A DNA stretch of 64,000 nt from Pseudomonadota bacterium (GTDB lineage: Bacteria; Pseudomonadota; Gammaproteobacteria; Steroidobacterales; Woeseiaceae): the NCBI GenBank assembly GCA_038533155.1, contig JBCAZH010000002.1:82582-146581 (forward strand). Direction: 5' to 3'. The translations under genes were made by a program, and so were the position numbers. Shown here piece by piece: positions 42,271 through 53,312 of the stretch. The notes beneath the pieces were generated by a model. It was not told the origin of the DNA. It saw nothing but the letters and a program-made list of their open reading frames with translations, and ran no database searches. Within the stretch, counting starts at the first letter, position 1; each line of letters begins with the position of its first letter.

Positions 42271-43448
42271 GGAATTTCATGCGGCCGGCTTTGCGCTGTT
42301 GGGTTATCGCTTTGCTGATTGGCCTAGGTGGCTGCTCGATTTTCGGTGGCGATGATGACGAAAGTGTTGAGCCGCCGGCCCCGATCGTCGAGTTCAACCC
42401 GTCGGTTGAGCTCCGACGTGTCCTGAACACCGGCGTCGGCGATGGCGGTGAGCGGCTTCGGTTAGCCCTGCGACCCTTAGGCGACGGTAGCCGCGTTTAT
42501 ACAGCCAACGCTGAAGGTGAGGTCATCGCCTTCGATGCGGAGACCTCAAAACGCGTTTGGAGTACCGGTGTCGGGCGCGCTTTGTCGGCTGGCCCCGGCG
42601 TGGGTGATGGTCGTGTGGTCGTTGCGGGTCGCAATGGTGTCATCACGGCGCTGAACGCGCTCGATGGCGAGCAGCTTTGGGAGCGTGACATTGCTGGTGA
42701 GGTGTTGGCGCCGCCGGTGCTCGGCGCGAACCGTGTGTTTTTGCGCACGGTGGATGGTCGACTCGTCGCCCTTGACGGACGCAGTGGCACTGAGCAGTGG
42801 TTTGTCGAACAGCCGGTACCCGCGTTGACGCAACGCGGTGTCAGTGAACCCGTAATCGTTGGGACACTGGTGGTGGCGGGATTCGACAACGGGCGGATCG
42901 TTGCCGCGAACATGTCGTCCGGTGAGGTCGCCTGGGATTTGCCGCTGGGTATACCCGCTGGCAGAACCGATATCGAACGTATGGTCGACTCCGACGGTGC
43001 GATTGCGGCGGCTGGAAATGACCTGTATCTGTCCGGGTTCCAGTCAAGAACTGCAGCGATCGCTGCGGAGTCAGGACAAGCACTGTGGGCGCGGGATCTG
43101 TCGAGTTATGCGGGGGTTGGGCTGGACTACGGCAGCGTCTACATCACACTCGACAACGATCGCGTAGTGGCACTGGGACGCACGAACGGGGCGCAACAAT
43201 GGAGTTCCGATGCGTTCCTCCGACGCAAGCTGACCGCGCCGATCGTGTTCGGTGAGTACGTGGTGGTTTGCGACTTTGAGGGCTACGTCCACTTGCTGAG
43301 TTCGCGGACGGGCCTCCTAGCGGGCCGAGTGCGGGTCGGTGATGATCCGGTCATCATGCGCCCCTATGTGATGGGCAACACTCTCTACGTGCAAAACGTT
43401 AAAGGCCAGCTCGCGGGTTTCGAGATCATTCGCGCTGATAGCGAGTAA
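42267..43448 (+). CDS. bamB: Outer membrane protein assembly factor BamB
   Basis: Lipobox LGGCS followed by repeated PQQ-like beta-propeller blades (G.V.ALDA..G...W). ATGA overlap with yfgM. Confidence 0.9.
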   Translation: MRNFMRPALRCWVIALLIGLGGCSIFGGDDDESVEPPAPIVEFNPSVELRRVLNTGVGDGGERLRLALRPLGDGSRVYTANAEGEVIAFDAETSKRVWSTGVGRALSAGPGVGDGRVVVAGRNGVITALNALDGEQLWERDIAGEVLAPPVLGANRVFLRTVDGRLVALDGRSGTEQWFVEQPVPALTQRGVSEPVIVGTLVVAGFDNGRIVAANMSSGEVAWDLPLGIPAGRTDIERMVDSDGAIAAAGNDLYLSGFQSRTAAIAAESGQALWARDLSSYAGVGLDYGSVYITLDNDRVVALGRTNGAQQWSSDAFLRRKLTAPIVFGEYVVVCDFEGYVHLLSSRTGLLAGRVRVGDDPVIMRPYVMGNTLYVQNVKGQLAGFEIIRADSE

Positions 43449-43451
43449 GCC

Positions 43452-44837
43452 ATGTTGCCCGTAGTCGCACTGGTCGGTCGCCCGAACGTCGGCAAATCTA
43501 CCTTATTCAACCGACTGACCAAGACGCGCGATGCGCTGGTTGCCGATTACGCTGGGCTAACTCGCGACCGGCAGTACGGGTTTGGCAAGGTGGGGCCGCG
43601 ACCTTATCTTGTCGTCGATACCGGCGGACTCGCCGGAGCGCAGGACGGCGTCGAGTCCTTGATGCAGTCGCAAGCGATGGCCGCTATCGACGAGGCGGAT
43701 GTTGTGGTTTTTCTGGTTGATGCGCGTCAAGGCGTTTTGACAGGCGATCACGAAATCGCCGCGATGTTGCGTAAGCAGACCGATCAGCTGGTGCTGGCGG
43801 TGAATAAAGCGGAAGGCCTCGAGAGCGAGTCTGCGGCCGCGGACTTCTACGCGCTAGGTCTGGGTGATCCCGCCATCATTTCAGCCGCCCACGGTGATCG
43901 TGTATCAGCGTTGATGGAACATGTTCTGGACCTATGCCCAGCGGAGGACGATAGCCCAGAGCAGCCGACGCAAGGCATCACGGTCAGTGTGATCGGCCGC
44001 CCCAATGTCGGGAAGTCGACGTTGATCAATCGATTGTTGGGCGAGGATCGCTTGGTTGCATTCGATCGCCCAGGTACGACGCGCGATAGCGTGTCAGTGC
44101 CATTCGAGAGCGGAGGCAAACACTACACGCTTGTCGATACGGCAGGGGTTCGTCGTCGCGGTCGAGTTCGCGAGGCCATCGAGAAATTCAGCATCATCAA
44201 GACGCTGCAGTCCTTGGAGTCGAGCAATGTCGCAATCGTTGTTCTGGATGCGCGCGAAGGCGTCACTGACCAGGACGTTTCGCTACTGAGCTTGGTCATT
44301 GAGCGAGGTAAAGCGCTCGTGCTGACGGTGAACAAGTGGGATGGTCTGGACGCCGATCGCCGCCGCGCGTTGCATGACGGGCTCGAGCGCAAGCTCGGCT
44401 TTACGGAATTTGCCCCGCGACATTTCATTTCGGCCCTACACGGTAGCGGTGTCGGAAAGCTAATGCGGGAGGTGGATAGGGTTCATGCCGCGGCATGTCG
44501 CGATCTCCCTACCGCCGCACTCACTGAGAGTCTCGAGGCTGCCACCACAGCGCATCCGCCGCCGTTGACGCGCGGTCGGCGACCACGCTTGCGATACGCG
44601 CATCAAGGCGGTCGAAATCCGCCGGTGATCGTGATCCACGGCAACCAAGCGGAGCGTCTTGCAGCGGCGTATAGACGATATTTAATCAACCACTTTCGCA
44701 AGCGTTTCGATCTCAAAGGGACACCCGTCCGCTTGCAGCTCAAGTCCGGCAAAAACCCATTCGAGGGACGACGCAATAAGTTAACACCGCGTCAAGAAGC
44801 TAAGCGTAAACGTCTGATGAAACACGTGAAAAAATAG
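43452..44837 (+). CDS. der: Ribosome biogenesis GTPase Der (EngA)
   Basis: Two tandem GTPase domains ([14 protein letters not shown] and [14 protein letters not shown]; DTGG/DTAG; NKAE/NKWD) plus a KH-like C-terminus. Confidence 0.95.
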   Translation: MLPVVALVGRPNVGKSTLFNRLTKTRDALVADYAGLTRDRQYGFGKVGPRPYLVVDTGGLAGAQDGVESLMQSQAMAAIDEADVVVFLVDARQGVLTGDHEIAAMLRKQTDQLVLAVNKAEGLESESAAADFYALGLGDPAIISAAHGDRVSALMEHVLDLCPAEDDSPEQPTQGITVSVIGRPNVGKSTLINRLLGEDRLVAFDRPGTTRDSVSVPFESGGKHYTLVDTAGVRRRGRVREAIEKFSIIKTLQSLESSNVAIVVLDAREGVTDQDVSLLSLVIERGKALVLTVNKWDGLDADRRRALHDGLERKLGFTEFAPRHFISALHGSGVGKLMREVDRVHAAACRDLPTAALTESLEAATTAHPPPLTRGRRPRLRYAHQGGRNPPVIVIHGNQAERLAAAYRRYLINHFRKRFDLKGTPVRLQLKSGKNPFEGRRNKLTPRQEAKRKRLMKHVKK

Positions 44838-44937
44838 TATTTCGTGCTTGGGCATGATCCGATCCTTTGATCGTTTGTGACCTTTGGCGTGATAGACTCG
44901 TCTGAGAATATGTTGATTAGACAGGGGATGAGGAATC

Positions 44938-45489
44938 ATGAGTATTCTAGAAACCATTTTGAAATCGAATAGCGGCGGACTTGTGAAGCAGGTTGCCGGT
45001 TCTTTGAACCTTGAAGAAGGCCAGGCGGGTGCTGCAATCGCACAGTTACTACCGGCCCTGACTCAGGGTATGAAAAAGAACGTTGAAAAGCCGAACGGCC
45101 TAGAATCATTGTTGGGCGCGCTTCAGCGGGGTGGGCACGATCAGTACATCGAGCAGCCAGAGCGCGTTGTCAGGAGCGAAGCGATCACAGACGGCAACAG
45201 CATTCTCGGCCATCTACTCGGCAGCAAAGATGTGAGCCGGCAAGTGGCGTCGCAAGCTGCAGAGAAGACGGGTCTCGATGTCGGCGTATTGAAAAAAATG
45301 CTTCCGATGGTTGCGACAATGGCAATGGGTACCCTGAGCAAGGAAAGCAAGGGCGGGGCGCTGGCGTCTCTGCTCGGCGGCTCTCAGCAGCAATCGCCTG
45401 CCGCGAGTTTGCTCGGTGCATTTCTCGATAAAGACAACGACAGCTCTGCCGTCGGCGGTCTGCTCGGCCTGGCGAAAAAGTTCCTCTGA
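44938..45489 (+). CDS. DUF937 domain-containing protein
   Basis: 183 aa with N-terminus ILETILKSNSGGLVKQVAGSLNLEEGQAGAAIAQLLPAL and a C-terminal Gly/Leu-rich tail, as in DUF937 proteins. GC content looks locally somewhat lower by eye. Confidence 0.55.
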   Translation: MSILETILKSNSGGLVKQVAGSLNLEEGQAGAAIAQLLPALTQGMKKNVEKPNGLESLLGALQRGGHDQYIEQPERVVRSEAITDGNSILGHLLGSKDVSRQVASQAAEKTGLDVGVLKKMLPMVATMAMGTLSKESKGGALASLLGGSQQQSPAASLLGAFLDKDNDSSAVGGLLGLAKKFL

Positions 45490-45554
45490 ACTATCGATAC
45501 CGTAATCGCCGACCGCGTCGCGTCAGGCGCGGTTCGGCTGGTCTCCTGCGACTG

Positions 45555-46337
45555 TTGCCGGTCGTAGGATTTGCGTTGTATTTCGGTTGGTACTACCTAT
45601 CCAATCAGCAGGAAGTTCCGATGACCGGTCGAAGCCAGATTGTCGACATGAGTCGCGAAGAGGAAATGGCCTTAGGTTTGCGGTCGTATCAGGAAATCCT
45701 CGGACAATCGGCGGTCGTTAGCAGTGGTCGTGAAGTCGACGTAGTTCGCGAAATCGGGCGACGTATTGCGCTAGCTGCGCAGGATTTGGACCCAGGGTTC
45801 AACTGGGAATTCAACTTGATCCAGTCCAATCAAGCGAACGCGTTCGCGCTCCCGGGCGGCAAGGTTGCGATTTACACGGGAATTTTGCCCATCGCTGAGA
45901 ATACAAATGGGCTGGCGGTCATCATGGGGCACGAGGTCGCGCATGCGCTCGCACGCCATGGTGCCGAAAGGATGGCGCGCCAGAAGCTCGTTCAGATGGG
46001 CAGTATGGCGGCGTCGATGGCGATCGGTGACATGGACGTCGGCACGCAGCGTGCTGTGATGGGGGCGCTGGGTGTTGGTGCGCAATACGGCGTACTTTTG
46101 CCGTTTTCGCGCAAGCACGAGTCTGAGGCCGATTACATTGGACTGATACTAGCGGCACGAGCGTGTTTCGATCCCAGAGAAGCGCCTGCGCTCTGGGAAC
46201 GCATGGGCGCGAGCGCTGGTGGGCAACGACCCTCAGAGTTTTCGTCGACCCATCCTGCTCCGGAGACTCGATCCGCGCAGTTCGAAACTTGGATGCCAGA
46301 GGCGTTGCAAGTTCGGGCAGAATACTGTGGACAGTAA
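45555..46337 (+). CDS. M48 family zinc metallopeptidase
   Basis: HEVAHALARH zinc motif, a downstream ESEADYIG, and an N-terminal hydrophobic anchor. The first canonical start is TTG 45555; see the finding on the Arg-rich in-frame upstream segment. Confidence 0.8.
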   Translation: MPVVGFALYFGWYYLSNQQEVPMTGRSQIVDMSREEEMALGLRSYQEILGQSAVVSSGREVDVVREIGRRIALAAQDLDPGFNWEFNLIQSNQANAFALPGGKVAIYTGILPIAENTNGLAVIMGHEVAHALARHGAERMARQKLVQMGSMAASMAIGDMDVGTQRAVMGALGVGAQYGVLLPFSRKHESEADYIGLILAARACFDPREAPALWERMGASAGGQRPSEFSSTHPAPETRSAQFETWMPEALQVRAEYCGQ

Positions 46338-46352
46338 TTGCCTGGACCACAA

Positions 46353-47465
46353 ATGATGCAGCCGAAATCTGAGCCTGCTGGGGCGCGGCGAATCTATCAT
46401 TATCCCGAGTCACTCGCGATGCACCGTGGAGGTGTTTTGCAGCAGCCGACGCTTGCCTACGAGACCTGGGGTCAACTCAATCACAATGCCGATAACGGGG
46501 TTCTGTTGTTCACCGGGTTGTCACCATCGGCGCATGCCGCCTCGTCGCCGGCAGATCCATCTCCCGGATGGTGGGAAGAGATGGTGGGCCCGGGGCGGCC
46601 GATCGATACTGAGCGACTATTCGTTGTGTGTGTGAATTCGATTGGGAGTTGTTTCGGATCGACCGGACCGGCGAGTATCGACCCGGCGACGAGCCAGCGC
46701 TATCGAATCGATTTCCCAGTGCTGTCACTCGAAGATTTGGCGACGGGGAGCGCGCTCGTTTTGGATCACCTCGGGATCGAGCGGGTGCGCACGGCGGTGG
46801 GGTGTTCGATGGGCGGCATGACGGCGCTCGCCTTCGCGATCCGGTTTCCAGATCGTGTTGATGAGCTGGTCTCCGTATCGTCCGCGGCCCGCGCGGCGCC
46901 GTTCGCCATTGCGCTGCGTTCGTTGCAGCGGGAGATGGTGCGCCGCGATCCAGCATGGGAATCGGGGCGCTACGATGGGCATGGTCCCACGATGGGTATG
47001 AAGATGGCCCGAAAGCTCGGCATGATCTCGTATCGATCTGCTGAGGAGTGGCTGATGCGCTTCGGCAGGGAGCGGGTATCTGCCGAACGCCAGGCCAACG
47101 ATCCGTTCTGCATCGACTTCGAGGTCGAAAGCTACCTGCAGGCGCATGCCGAGAAGTTCACGGGTGACTTCGATCCCAATTGTTATTTGTATCTGTCGCG
47201 AGCCATGGATCTTTTCGATGTTGCAGATTATGGCGGATCGGTCGCAAGCGGGTTGGCCAAGACACGGTTGTCACGGGCGCTAGTGATCGGCGTGACCAGC
47301 GATATCCTTTTTCCAATCGCTCAACAAGCTGAGCTTTCTGAGGCTTTAGAGGCACATAAGTGCGAAACCCAATTTGAAGTCTTACCATCAATCCAAGGGC
47401 ACGATTCGTTCCTGGTTGATATGGACCGGTTTCGGCCGGTGATCGGGGACTGGTTTTTGCGGTAA
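46353..47465 (+). CDS. MetX-family O-acyltransferase (homoserine O-acetyltransferase family; possibly a serine O-succinyltransferase subtype)
   Basis: Alpha/beta hydrolase with the nucleophile elbow GCSMGGM, WWEEMVGPGRPIDT, NSIGSCFGSTGPAS and C-terminal QGHDSFLVD. The start is ATG 46353, or TTG 46338 directly after the M48 stop. Confidence 0.8.
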   Translation: MMQPKSEPAGARRIYHYPESLAMHRGGVLQQPTLAYETWGQLNHNADNGVLLFTGLSPSAHAASSPADPSPGWWEEMVGPGRPIDTERLFVVCVNSIGSCFGSTGPASIDPATSQRYRIDFPVLSLEDLATGSALVLDHLGIERVRTAVGCSMGGMTALAFAIRFPDRVDELVSVSSAARAAPFAIALRSLQREMVRRDPAWESGRYDGHGPTMGMKMARKLGMISYRSAEEWLMRFGRERVSAERQANDPFCIDFEVESYLQAHAEKFTGDFDPNCYLYLSRAMDLFDVADYGGSVASGLAKTRLSRALVIGVTSDILFPIAQQAELSEALEAHKCETQFEVLPSIQGHDSFLVDMDRFRPVIGDWFLR

Positions 47466-47530
47466 CGCATCAAACTTTCGTGTGACGTCTTCGGCAATGC
47501 ACGCACATCCTGTTTTGTTATCATGAGAGC

Positions 47531-48124
47531 ATGGCAGCCGCGAGCGAAAAATTACTTCATCCAGGACTTCAACCGTTGGTTGAACTGGTCGACGCGGCTG
47601 TGTCGCTCGATAGCGAGTCGGCCATTACCGAGGCGATCAAGAACGACTTGTGTCGCATGATCCGGACCAATGCCTTTGAGTTGCCAGTCGGTGTTATGAG
47701 TCCTCGCGCGGACCGCTATGCCAGGCGCCTACTGCATCGTGACCCGGAGCGCGGCTACTCGATCGTTGCGATGACCTGGGGCGCCTGCCAGAGCACGCCA
47801 ATCCACGACCACGCTGGCATGTGGTGTGTCGAGGGTGTGTGTGCTGGGACAATCGATGTGCAGCAGTTTGAGTTGATGGCGCACGAACCGGAGGCCGAGC
47901 GCTACCGATTCGAACCTCGCAACAGCTACATGGCCGGCATCGGCAGCGCGGGCTGTCTGATTCCGCCGTACGAATACCACTTGATCGCCAACCCATGCGA
48001 TCGCACCCCGGCCGTGTCGCTGCATATTTACGGTGGCGACATGGACCACTGTCATGTTTTCGTTCGAGAAGGCGAAACCGATTGGTACCGACGCGTGATG
48101 CGGTCTTTGTCGTTTGACGACTAG
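47531..48124 (+). CDS. Cysteine dioxygenase type I family cupin (thiol dioxygenase)
   Basis: RRLLHRDPERGYSIVAMTWGACQSTPIHDHAGMWC...YHLIANP...SLHIYGG, which is 3-His cupin metal-site spacing. Confidence 0.7.
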   Translation: MAAASEKLLHPGLQPLVELVDAAVSLDSESAITEAIKNDLCRMIRTNAFELPVGVMSPRADRYARRLLHRDPERGYSIVAMTWGACQSTPIHDHAGMWCVEGVCAGTIDVQQFELMAHEPEAERYRFEPRNSYMAGIGSAGCLIPPYEYHLIANPCDRTPAVSLHIYGGDMDHCHVFVREGETDWYRRVMRSLSFDD

Positions 48125-49492
48125 CTAGGGCTCGTCGTCGGCTCGTAATCGCGTGACTTCGGCATCGAACGCGCCGCCTTTGATCAGAACTTCCGTCTGA
48201 TCGCCTACCGTTAAGTCTGAGACGTGGTGGACTGCGCGTCCTTCGTCGTCCCGGACGATTGCGTAGCCGCGCTCGAGCGTTGCCAGTGGGCTCATGGTTT
48301 GAAGCTGGCGGACGTCCGAGCGTAACTTCGCGCGCCGCTGTTCAAGCAGGGTGCGCTGCGCGTTGACGAGGGACTTGTAAAGGAACGCCAGTCGGTCGGA
48401 TTGCCGTACTACACGGTTAGCGGGACTCAATGCGCTCAGCCGGGTCATCGCCAACGTAAGGCGCTGCGAATCGGATTGCCAAAGTCGCTTTAAGGCGTGA
48501 GGCAATCTTTCCACGAGGGTGGCAAGGTGTGCTTGCTGACGGGTCAGGCGAGCCTTGGGCCCGGCCACCGTAAGCCGGTGCGTCAGGAAATCGCTGCGCT
48601 GCGCGATTTCCTGCAGACGGCGTTGCTGGGCGCTCGCGAGCCGCGACTTCAACGTCTGTAGATTGCGCGCTAACGTTTGACCATCTGGCGTTGCTAACTC
48701 GGCCGCAGCACTTGGAGTCGGGGCGGTGAGATCGGCGACAAAATCGACGATGGTCGTGTCGGTTTCGTGCCCGACGCCGGTGATAACGGGTGTATTGCAG
48801 TCTGCGAGCGTTCGCGCCAAGGTCTCGTCATTGAACGCGGCCAGATCCTCCATCGACCCACCACCTCGCACGGCAAGCAACACATCGCAGTCGCCACGTG
48901 CGTCGGCTCGACGGATGGCTTGAACCAACTCGCTAGGTGCAGCGCTCCCTTGGACGCTCGCCGGGAACACAAGCACCGGTATGCTGGGCATCCGACGCCG
49001 CAGGACCTTCAGGACGTCGCGGATTGCAGCGCCGGACGGCGATGTGACCACGCCGATACGTCTGGGATAGTGTGGAATCGGTTGCTTGCGGTCACTGGCG
49101 AACAGTCCTTCAGCAGCAAGTGCGCGCTTGAGTTGCTCGAATGCGAGTCTCAGCGCGCCTTCACCCGCTGGCTCCAGATGTTCAACGATTAGCTGATAGT
49201 CGCCACGGGGTTCGTACAAACTCAGTCGACCCCGCACGAGGACCTGATCGCCATTGACAAGGTCTCGAACACTGCCGCGCTGCCTTTGGCGAAAAAATGC
49301 CGCACGTAATTGGGCGCTTGGGTCTTTGAGGCTGAAATAGAGGTGCCCCGACGCGGGTCTTGCGAGATTAGAAATCTCCGCCTCGACCCAAACGGTGCCG
49401 AAACCGTTCTCCAGCAACGTTCGAACCTCGCGGTTTAAGTCACTGACGCGCCAAACTTCTCCGGTGCCGTGATGTCCTGTTGTTGTGTGCAT
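48125..49492 (-). CDS. xseA: Exodeoxyribonuclease VII large subunit
   Basis: [44 protein letters not shown]-fold N-terminus and [10 protein letters not shown]. Divergent from guaB, as in E. coli. Confidence 0.92.
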   Translation of the reverse strand: MHTTTGHHGTGEVWRVSDLNREVRTLLENGFGTVWVEAEISNLARPASGHLYFSLKDPSAQLRAAFFRQRQRGSVRDLVNGDQVLVRGRLSLYEPRGDYQLIVEHLEPAGEGALRLAFEQLKRALAAEGLFASDRKQPIPHYPRRIGVVTSPSGAAIRDVLKVLRRRMPSIPVLVFPASVQGSAAPSELVQAIRRADARGDCDVLLAVRGGGSMEDLAAFNDETLARTLADCNTPVITGVGHETDTTIVDFVADLTAPTPSAAAELATPDGQTLARNLQTLKSRLASAQQRRLQEIAQRSDFLTHRLTVAGPKARLTRQQAHLATLVERLPHALKRLWQSDSQRLTLAMTRLSALSPANRVVRQSDRLAFLYKSLVNAQRTLLEQRRAKLRSDVRQLQTMSPLATLERGYAIVRDDEGRAVHHVSDLTVGDQTEVLIKGGAFDAEVTRLRADDEP

Positions 49493-49609
49493 CCATCGAG
49501 GGTAGCGCGGATGAGCAATGACGGAAATGCCAATGACTTCGGTTATAGGATCGCGGTATCATGGCGGGTTAACCCAACCCATCTGGAGCCCGCAAATGAG
49601 TATGGTCTT

Positions 49610-51070
49610 ATGAGAATTGCCAAGGAAGCACTCACATTTGACGATGTGCTGTTACAGCCGGCTTATTCGGATGTTCTGCCCCGCGAGGTGTCTCTCGCAA
49701 CTCGACTGACGCGCTCGATCAACATGAACGTCCCGATTCTGTCGGCGGCGATGGATACCGTCACCGAAGCGCGGTTGGCGATCACCCTCGCGCAGGAGGG
49801 TGGCATCGGCATCATCCACAAAAACATGCCGCCTGCGGAGCAGGCTCGGCAAGTCCGGATCGTCAAGAAATACGAAAGCGGGATTATTAGCGACCCGATT
49901 ACGGTCGGCCCGAACATGACGATTCGGGAGGTGCTCGCGCTGACACGGGCCAAAAACATCTCCGGTGTACCCGTGGTCGACGGCGCCGAGACCGTCGGTA
50001 TCGTGACCAATAGGGATCTTCGCTATGAGACCCAGCTTGAGGCACCCGTCTCGAGCGTCATGACACCCAAGTCAAAACTGATCACCGTGCGGGAGGGTGC
50101 GCCTGACGAAGAGGTGTTGTCACTGCTGCACAAGCATCGAATTGAGAAAGTGCTTGTGGTGGACGATAACTTCGGCCTGCGCGGCATGATCACCGCGAAG
50201 GATTTCCAAAAGGCGAGCGATTTTCCTCGTGCTTGCAAGGACGAGCGTGGTGCGCTTCGCGTAGGCGCGGCCGTCGGTACAGGCGGTGACACCGAAGAGC
50301 GAGTGGCGTTGTTGATGGCGGCTGGCGTCGATGTCTTGGTTGTTGATACGTCGCACGGTTTCTCTAGGGGCGTTCTCGACCGCGTTTCGTGGATTCGTCA
50401 GCAGTACCCGGATGCGCAGATTGTCGCGGGCAACATTGTGACAGCGGACGCCGCGTTGGCGTTGGTTGATGCGGGTGCAGATTGCGTGAAGGTCGGTATT
50501 GGACCAGGCTCGATATGCACAACACGGATTGTTGCCGGTGTCGGCGTACCGCAGATTAGCGCGGTTGCCGAAGTGGCCGAAGCGCTGCGCCCGAAAGACA
50601 TTCCCCTGATTGCGGATGGCGGTGTCCGCTACTCGGGTGATCTTGCGAAAGCCGTCGCCGCGGGCGCCTACGCGATCATGGTCGGTAGTCTGTTGGCCGG
50701 GACCGAAGAGTCGCCGGGCGAAGTTGAGCTGTACAAGGGTCGATCCTATAAGAGCTACCGTGGGATGGGTTCGCTCGGCGCAATGGCACAGGGTTCATCC
50801 GACCGCTATTTCCAGGACACGACCGATGAGCTGGAAAAACTCGTCCCAGAAGGTATCGAAGGTCGTGTGCCCTACAAAGGTTCGATGGTCGGGATCGTGC
50901 ACCAATTGATGGGCGGGTTGCGTGCAGCGATGGGCTACACCGGATGTGCGGATATCGATGCGATGCGAACGCGACCGGAATTTGTGCGGATTACGGGAGC
51001 AGGGATGCGTGAGAGCCACGTGCACGACGTGACGATCACGAAAGAAGCTCCCAACTATCGGACTGAGTGA
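49610..51070 (+). CDS. guaB: IMP dehydrogenase
   Basis: [14 protein letters not shown], a CBS pair, catalytic [11 protein letters not shown], and GGVRYSGD. The start is trimmed to [12 protein letters not shown] (ATG 49610). Confidence 0.95.
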   Translation: MRIAKEALTFDDVLLQPAYSDVLPREVSLATRLTRSINMNVPILSAAMDTVTEARLAITLAQEGGIGIIHKNMPPAEQARQVRIVKKYESGIISDPITVGPNMTIREVLALTRAKNISGVPVVDGAETVGIVTNRDLRYETQLEAPVSSVMTPKSKLITVREGAPDEEVLSLLHKHRIEKVLVVDDNFGLRGMITAKDFQKASDFPRACKDERGALRVGAAVGTGGDTEERVALLMAAGVDVLVVDTSHGFSRGVLDRVSWIRQQYPDAQIVAGNIVTADAALALVDAGADCVKVGIGPGSICTTRIVAGVGVPQISAVAEVAEALRPKDIPLIADGGVRYSGDLAKAVAAGAYAIMVGSLLAGTEESPGEVELYKGRSYKSYRGMGSLGAMAQGSSDRYFQDTTDELEKLVPEGIEGRVPYKGSMVGIVHQLMGGLRAAMGYTGCADIDAMRTRPEFVRITGAGMRESHVHDVTITKEAPNYRTE

Positions 51071-52680
51071 CGTTGATGGCCGAAGCGCAGCAGGAAACCA
51101 CCGTGAACGATATTCACGAAGAACGCGTGCTGATCTTGGATTTCGGGGCGCAGTACACGCAATTGATTGCACGCCGTGTAAGAGAGGCGGGCGTGTATTC
51201 GGAAATCCTACCTTGGGACTTGTCGCCGGAGCGGATCGCTGCGTTCGGCGCCAGGGCGATCATTCTCTCGGGCGGACCTGAGTCGGTAAATCTGGAAAAC
51301 CCGCCACGTGTTGCTGAGGTCGTATTCGAACTTGGCATACCGGTCCTGGGTATTTGCTACGGCATGCAGGCAATGGCCGCACAATTGGGTGGCCAAGTCT
51401 CTGCATCTGCGCATCGCGAATTCGGCTTTGCTGAGGTCGACACCAACCCTTCGGTTCTGTTCGATAGTCTCGACGATAGTGGTTCGACGGCGAAAGACGG
51501 GAGTGGAAGACTCCAGGTGTGGATGTCGCATGGGGACAAGGTCGACGTACTGCCAGAGGGGTTCATTGCGATCGGACAGTCGGAGAACTCGCCACTGGCG
51601 GCAATGGAAGACGCGACACGAAAATTCTTCGCTGTGCAGTTTCACCCGGAAGTGACGCACACCGTTAGCGGCGCCAAAATTCTGACGAGATTCGTTCGGG
51701 ATATCGCCGGTTGCACAGGGCAATGGACGACACCGAATATCGCGCGTGATGCGATAGACAGGATTCGCGAATTGGTCGGCTCGGAGCGCGTGCTTCTCGG
51801 CTTGTCGGGAGGAGTCGATTCGTCGGTCGTTGCTGCATTGCTACATGAGGCTATTGGAGATCAGCTCAGTTGTGTCTTCGTCGATCATGGGTTGTTGCGT
51901 CAGGACGAGGGTGATCAAGTGATGGCGACGTTTGCGGACAACCTCGGTGTTAAGGTGACACGAGTCAACGCGAGCGAGCGTTTTTTTGCCGCGCTGGAAG
52001 GTGTGGCAGACCCGGAACAGAAGCGCAAAATTATTGGGCGTGAGTTTGTTGAGGTATTCGAGGCGGAATCCAACCGTGAGACCGATGTTGTTTGGTTAGC
52101 GCAAGGCACTATCTACCCAGACGTCATTGAATCTGCGGGCGCGGAAACCGGCAAGGCGCATGTCATCAAGTCCCATCACAACGTCGGTGGACTGCCGGCG
52201 CATATGCGCTTGAAACTTTTGGAACCACTTCGCGAGTTGTTTAAAGACGAAGTGCGGGAGCTCGGCGTCGAACTCGGTCTTCCGCATGCGATGGTTTATC
52301 GGCATCCATTCCCAGGCCCCGGACTCGGTGTCAGAATTCTTGGTGAGGTTAAAGAAGCCTACGCGAACAAGCTGCGACATGCGGATCAGATCTTTATCGA
52401 CGAACTTCGTGCTGCAGATCTCTACGACAAGACGAGTCAAGCGTTCGCGGTATTTCTACCGGTGAAGTCAGTGGCCGTGATGGGCGATGGCAGGGCGTAT
52501 GATCACGTGATCGCTTTGCGGGCTGTTGAGACGGTCGACTTCATGACGGCTCGGTGGGCGCGCCTGCCTTATGAATTCTTAGAACGTGTGTCATTGCGAA
52601 TTTGTAATGAGGTGGCCGGAATATCGCGCGTCACATACGATATTTCTGGCAAACCGCCTGCGACGATCGAATGGGAATAG
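51067..52680 (+). CDS. guaA: Glutamine-hydrolysing GMP synthase
   Basis: GATase domain ([27 protein letters not shown]), ATP-PPase SGGVDSSV, and C-terminal KPPATIEWE. The start is GTG 51067 (overlapping the guaB stop), or alternatively ATG 51076. Confidence 0.95.
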   Translation: MTLMAEAQQETTVNDIHEERVLILDFGAQYTQLIARRVREAGVYSEILPWDLSPERIAAFGARAIILSGGPESVNLENPPRVAEVVFELGIPVLGICYGMQAMAAQLGGQVSASAHREFGFAEVDTNPSVLFDSLDDSGSTAKDGSGRLQVWMSHGDKVDVLPEGFIAIGQSENSPLAAMEDATRKFFAVQFHPEVTHTVSGAKILTRFVRDIAGCTGQWTTPNIARDAIDRIRELVGSERVLLGLSGGVDSSVVAALLHEAIGDQLSCVFVDHGLLRQDEGDQVMATFADNLGVKVTRVNASERFFAALEGVADPEQKRKIIGREFVEVFEAESNRETDVVWLAQGTIYPDVIESAGAETGKAHVIKSHHNVGGLPAHMRLKLLEPLRELFKDEVRELGVELGLPHAMVYRHPFPGPGLGVRILGEVKEAYANKLRHADQIFIDELRAADLYDKTSQAFAVFLPVKSVAVMGDGRAYDHVIALRAVETVDFMTARWARLPYEFLERVSLRICNEVAGISRVTYDISGKPPATIEWE

Positions 52681-52832
52681 CAGCACTCTGTCTTGGCCAT
52701 TGTTCGACATTCGCCGATTCGGTATTGCAACGCAGTCTGAGCCACCTTCGGCGGATTTGCGTTGTACGGAGGTGTTAAAAGTGGTGAGAGTTTTCCTTCA
52801 CCCGTTGATTTTCGTCAATTGAGATCAGTTCC

Positions 52833-53312
52833 ATGATCAGTAATGACGCGACGCCCGCGCGGTTAGGTGACCACTTTTTCATGATGTCCGCTTTGCAGCA
52901 GGCGAAGATCGCCGCACGCCGTGGTGAGGTCCCCGTGGGGGCTGTGGCAGTGCAACGTGGGCGAGTCATTGCCGTCGGGTCGAATCGGACTATTACAGAT
53001 CACGATCCAACCGCACACGCGGAAATCGTCGCGCTACGTGCAGGTGCCGCACAAATGCAGAATTACCGGACCGATGGCGTTACGATCTACGTCACGCTGG
53101 AGCCGTGCCCGATGTGTGCAGGGGCGATGGTGCACGCACGGGTTGATCGGGTAGTGTTTGGAGCCGCAGACCCCAAAACCGGCGCGCTGGGCGGAGCGCT
53201 TGACCTTCTGTCGTCCAGCGCCGTCAATCACCGCTTCGAGGTTACGCAAGGCGTTCTTGGTGCGGAGTGTGGGGAGATGCTGCGCACGTTTTTCAGGGAG
53301 AGACGCCAGTGA
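52833..53312 (+). CDS. tadA: tRNA adenosine(34) deaminase TadA
   Basis: Zinc motifs HAEIVALR and TLEPCPMCAGA. Confidence 0.92.
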   Translation: MISNDATPARLGDHFFMMSALQQAKIAARRGEVPVGAVAVQRGRVIAVGSNRTITDHDPTAHAEIVALRAGAAQMQNYRTDGVTIYVTLEPCPMCAGAMVHARVDRVVFGAADPKTGALGGALDLLSSSAVNHRFEVTQGVLGAECGEMLRTFFRERRQ

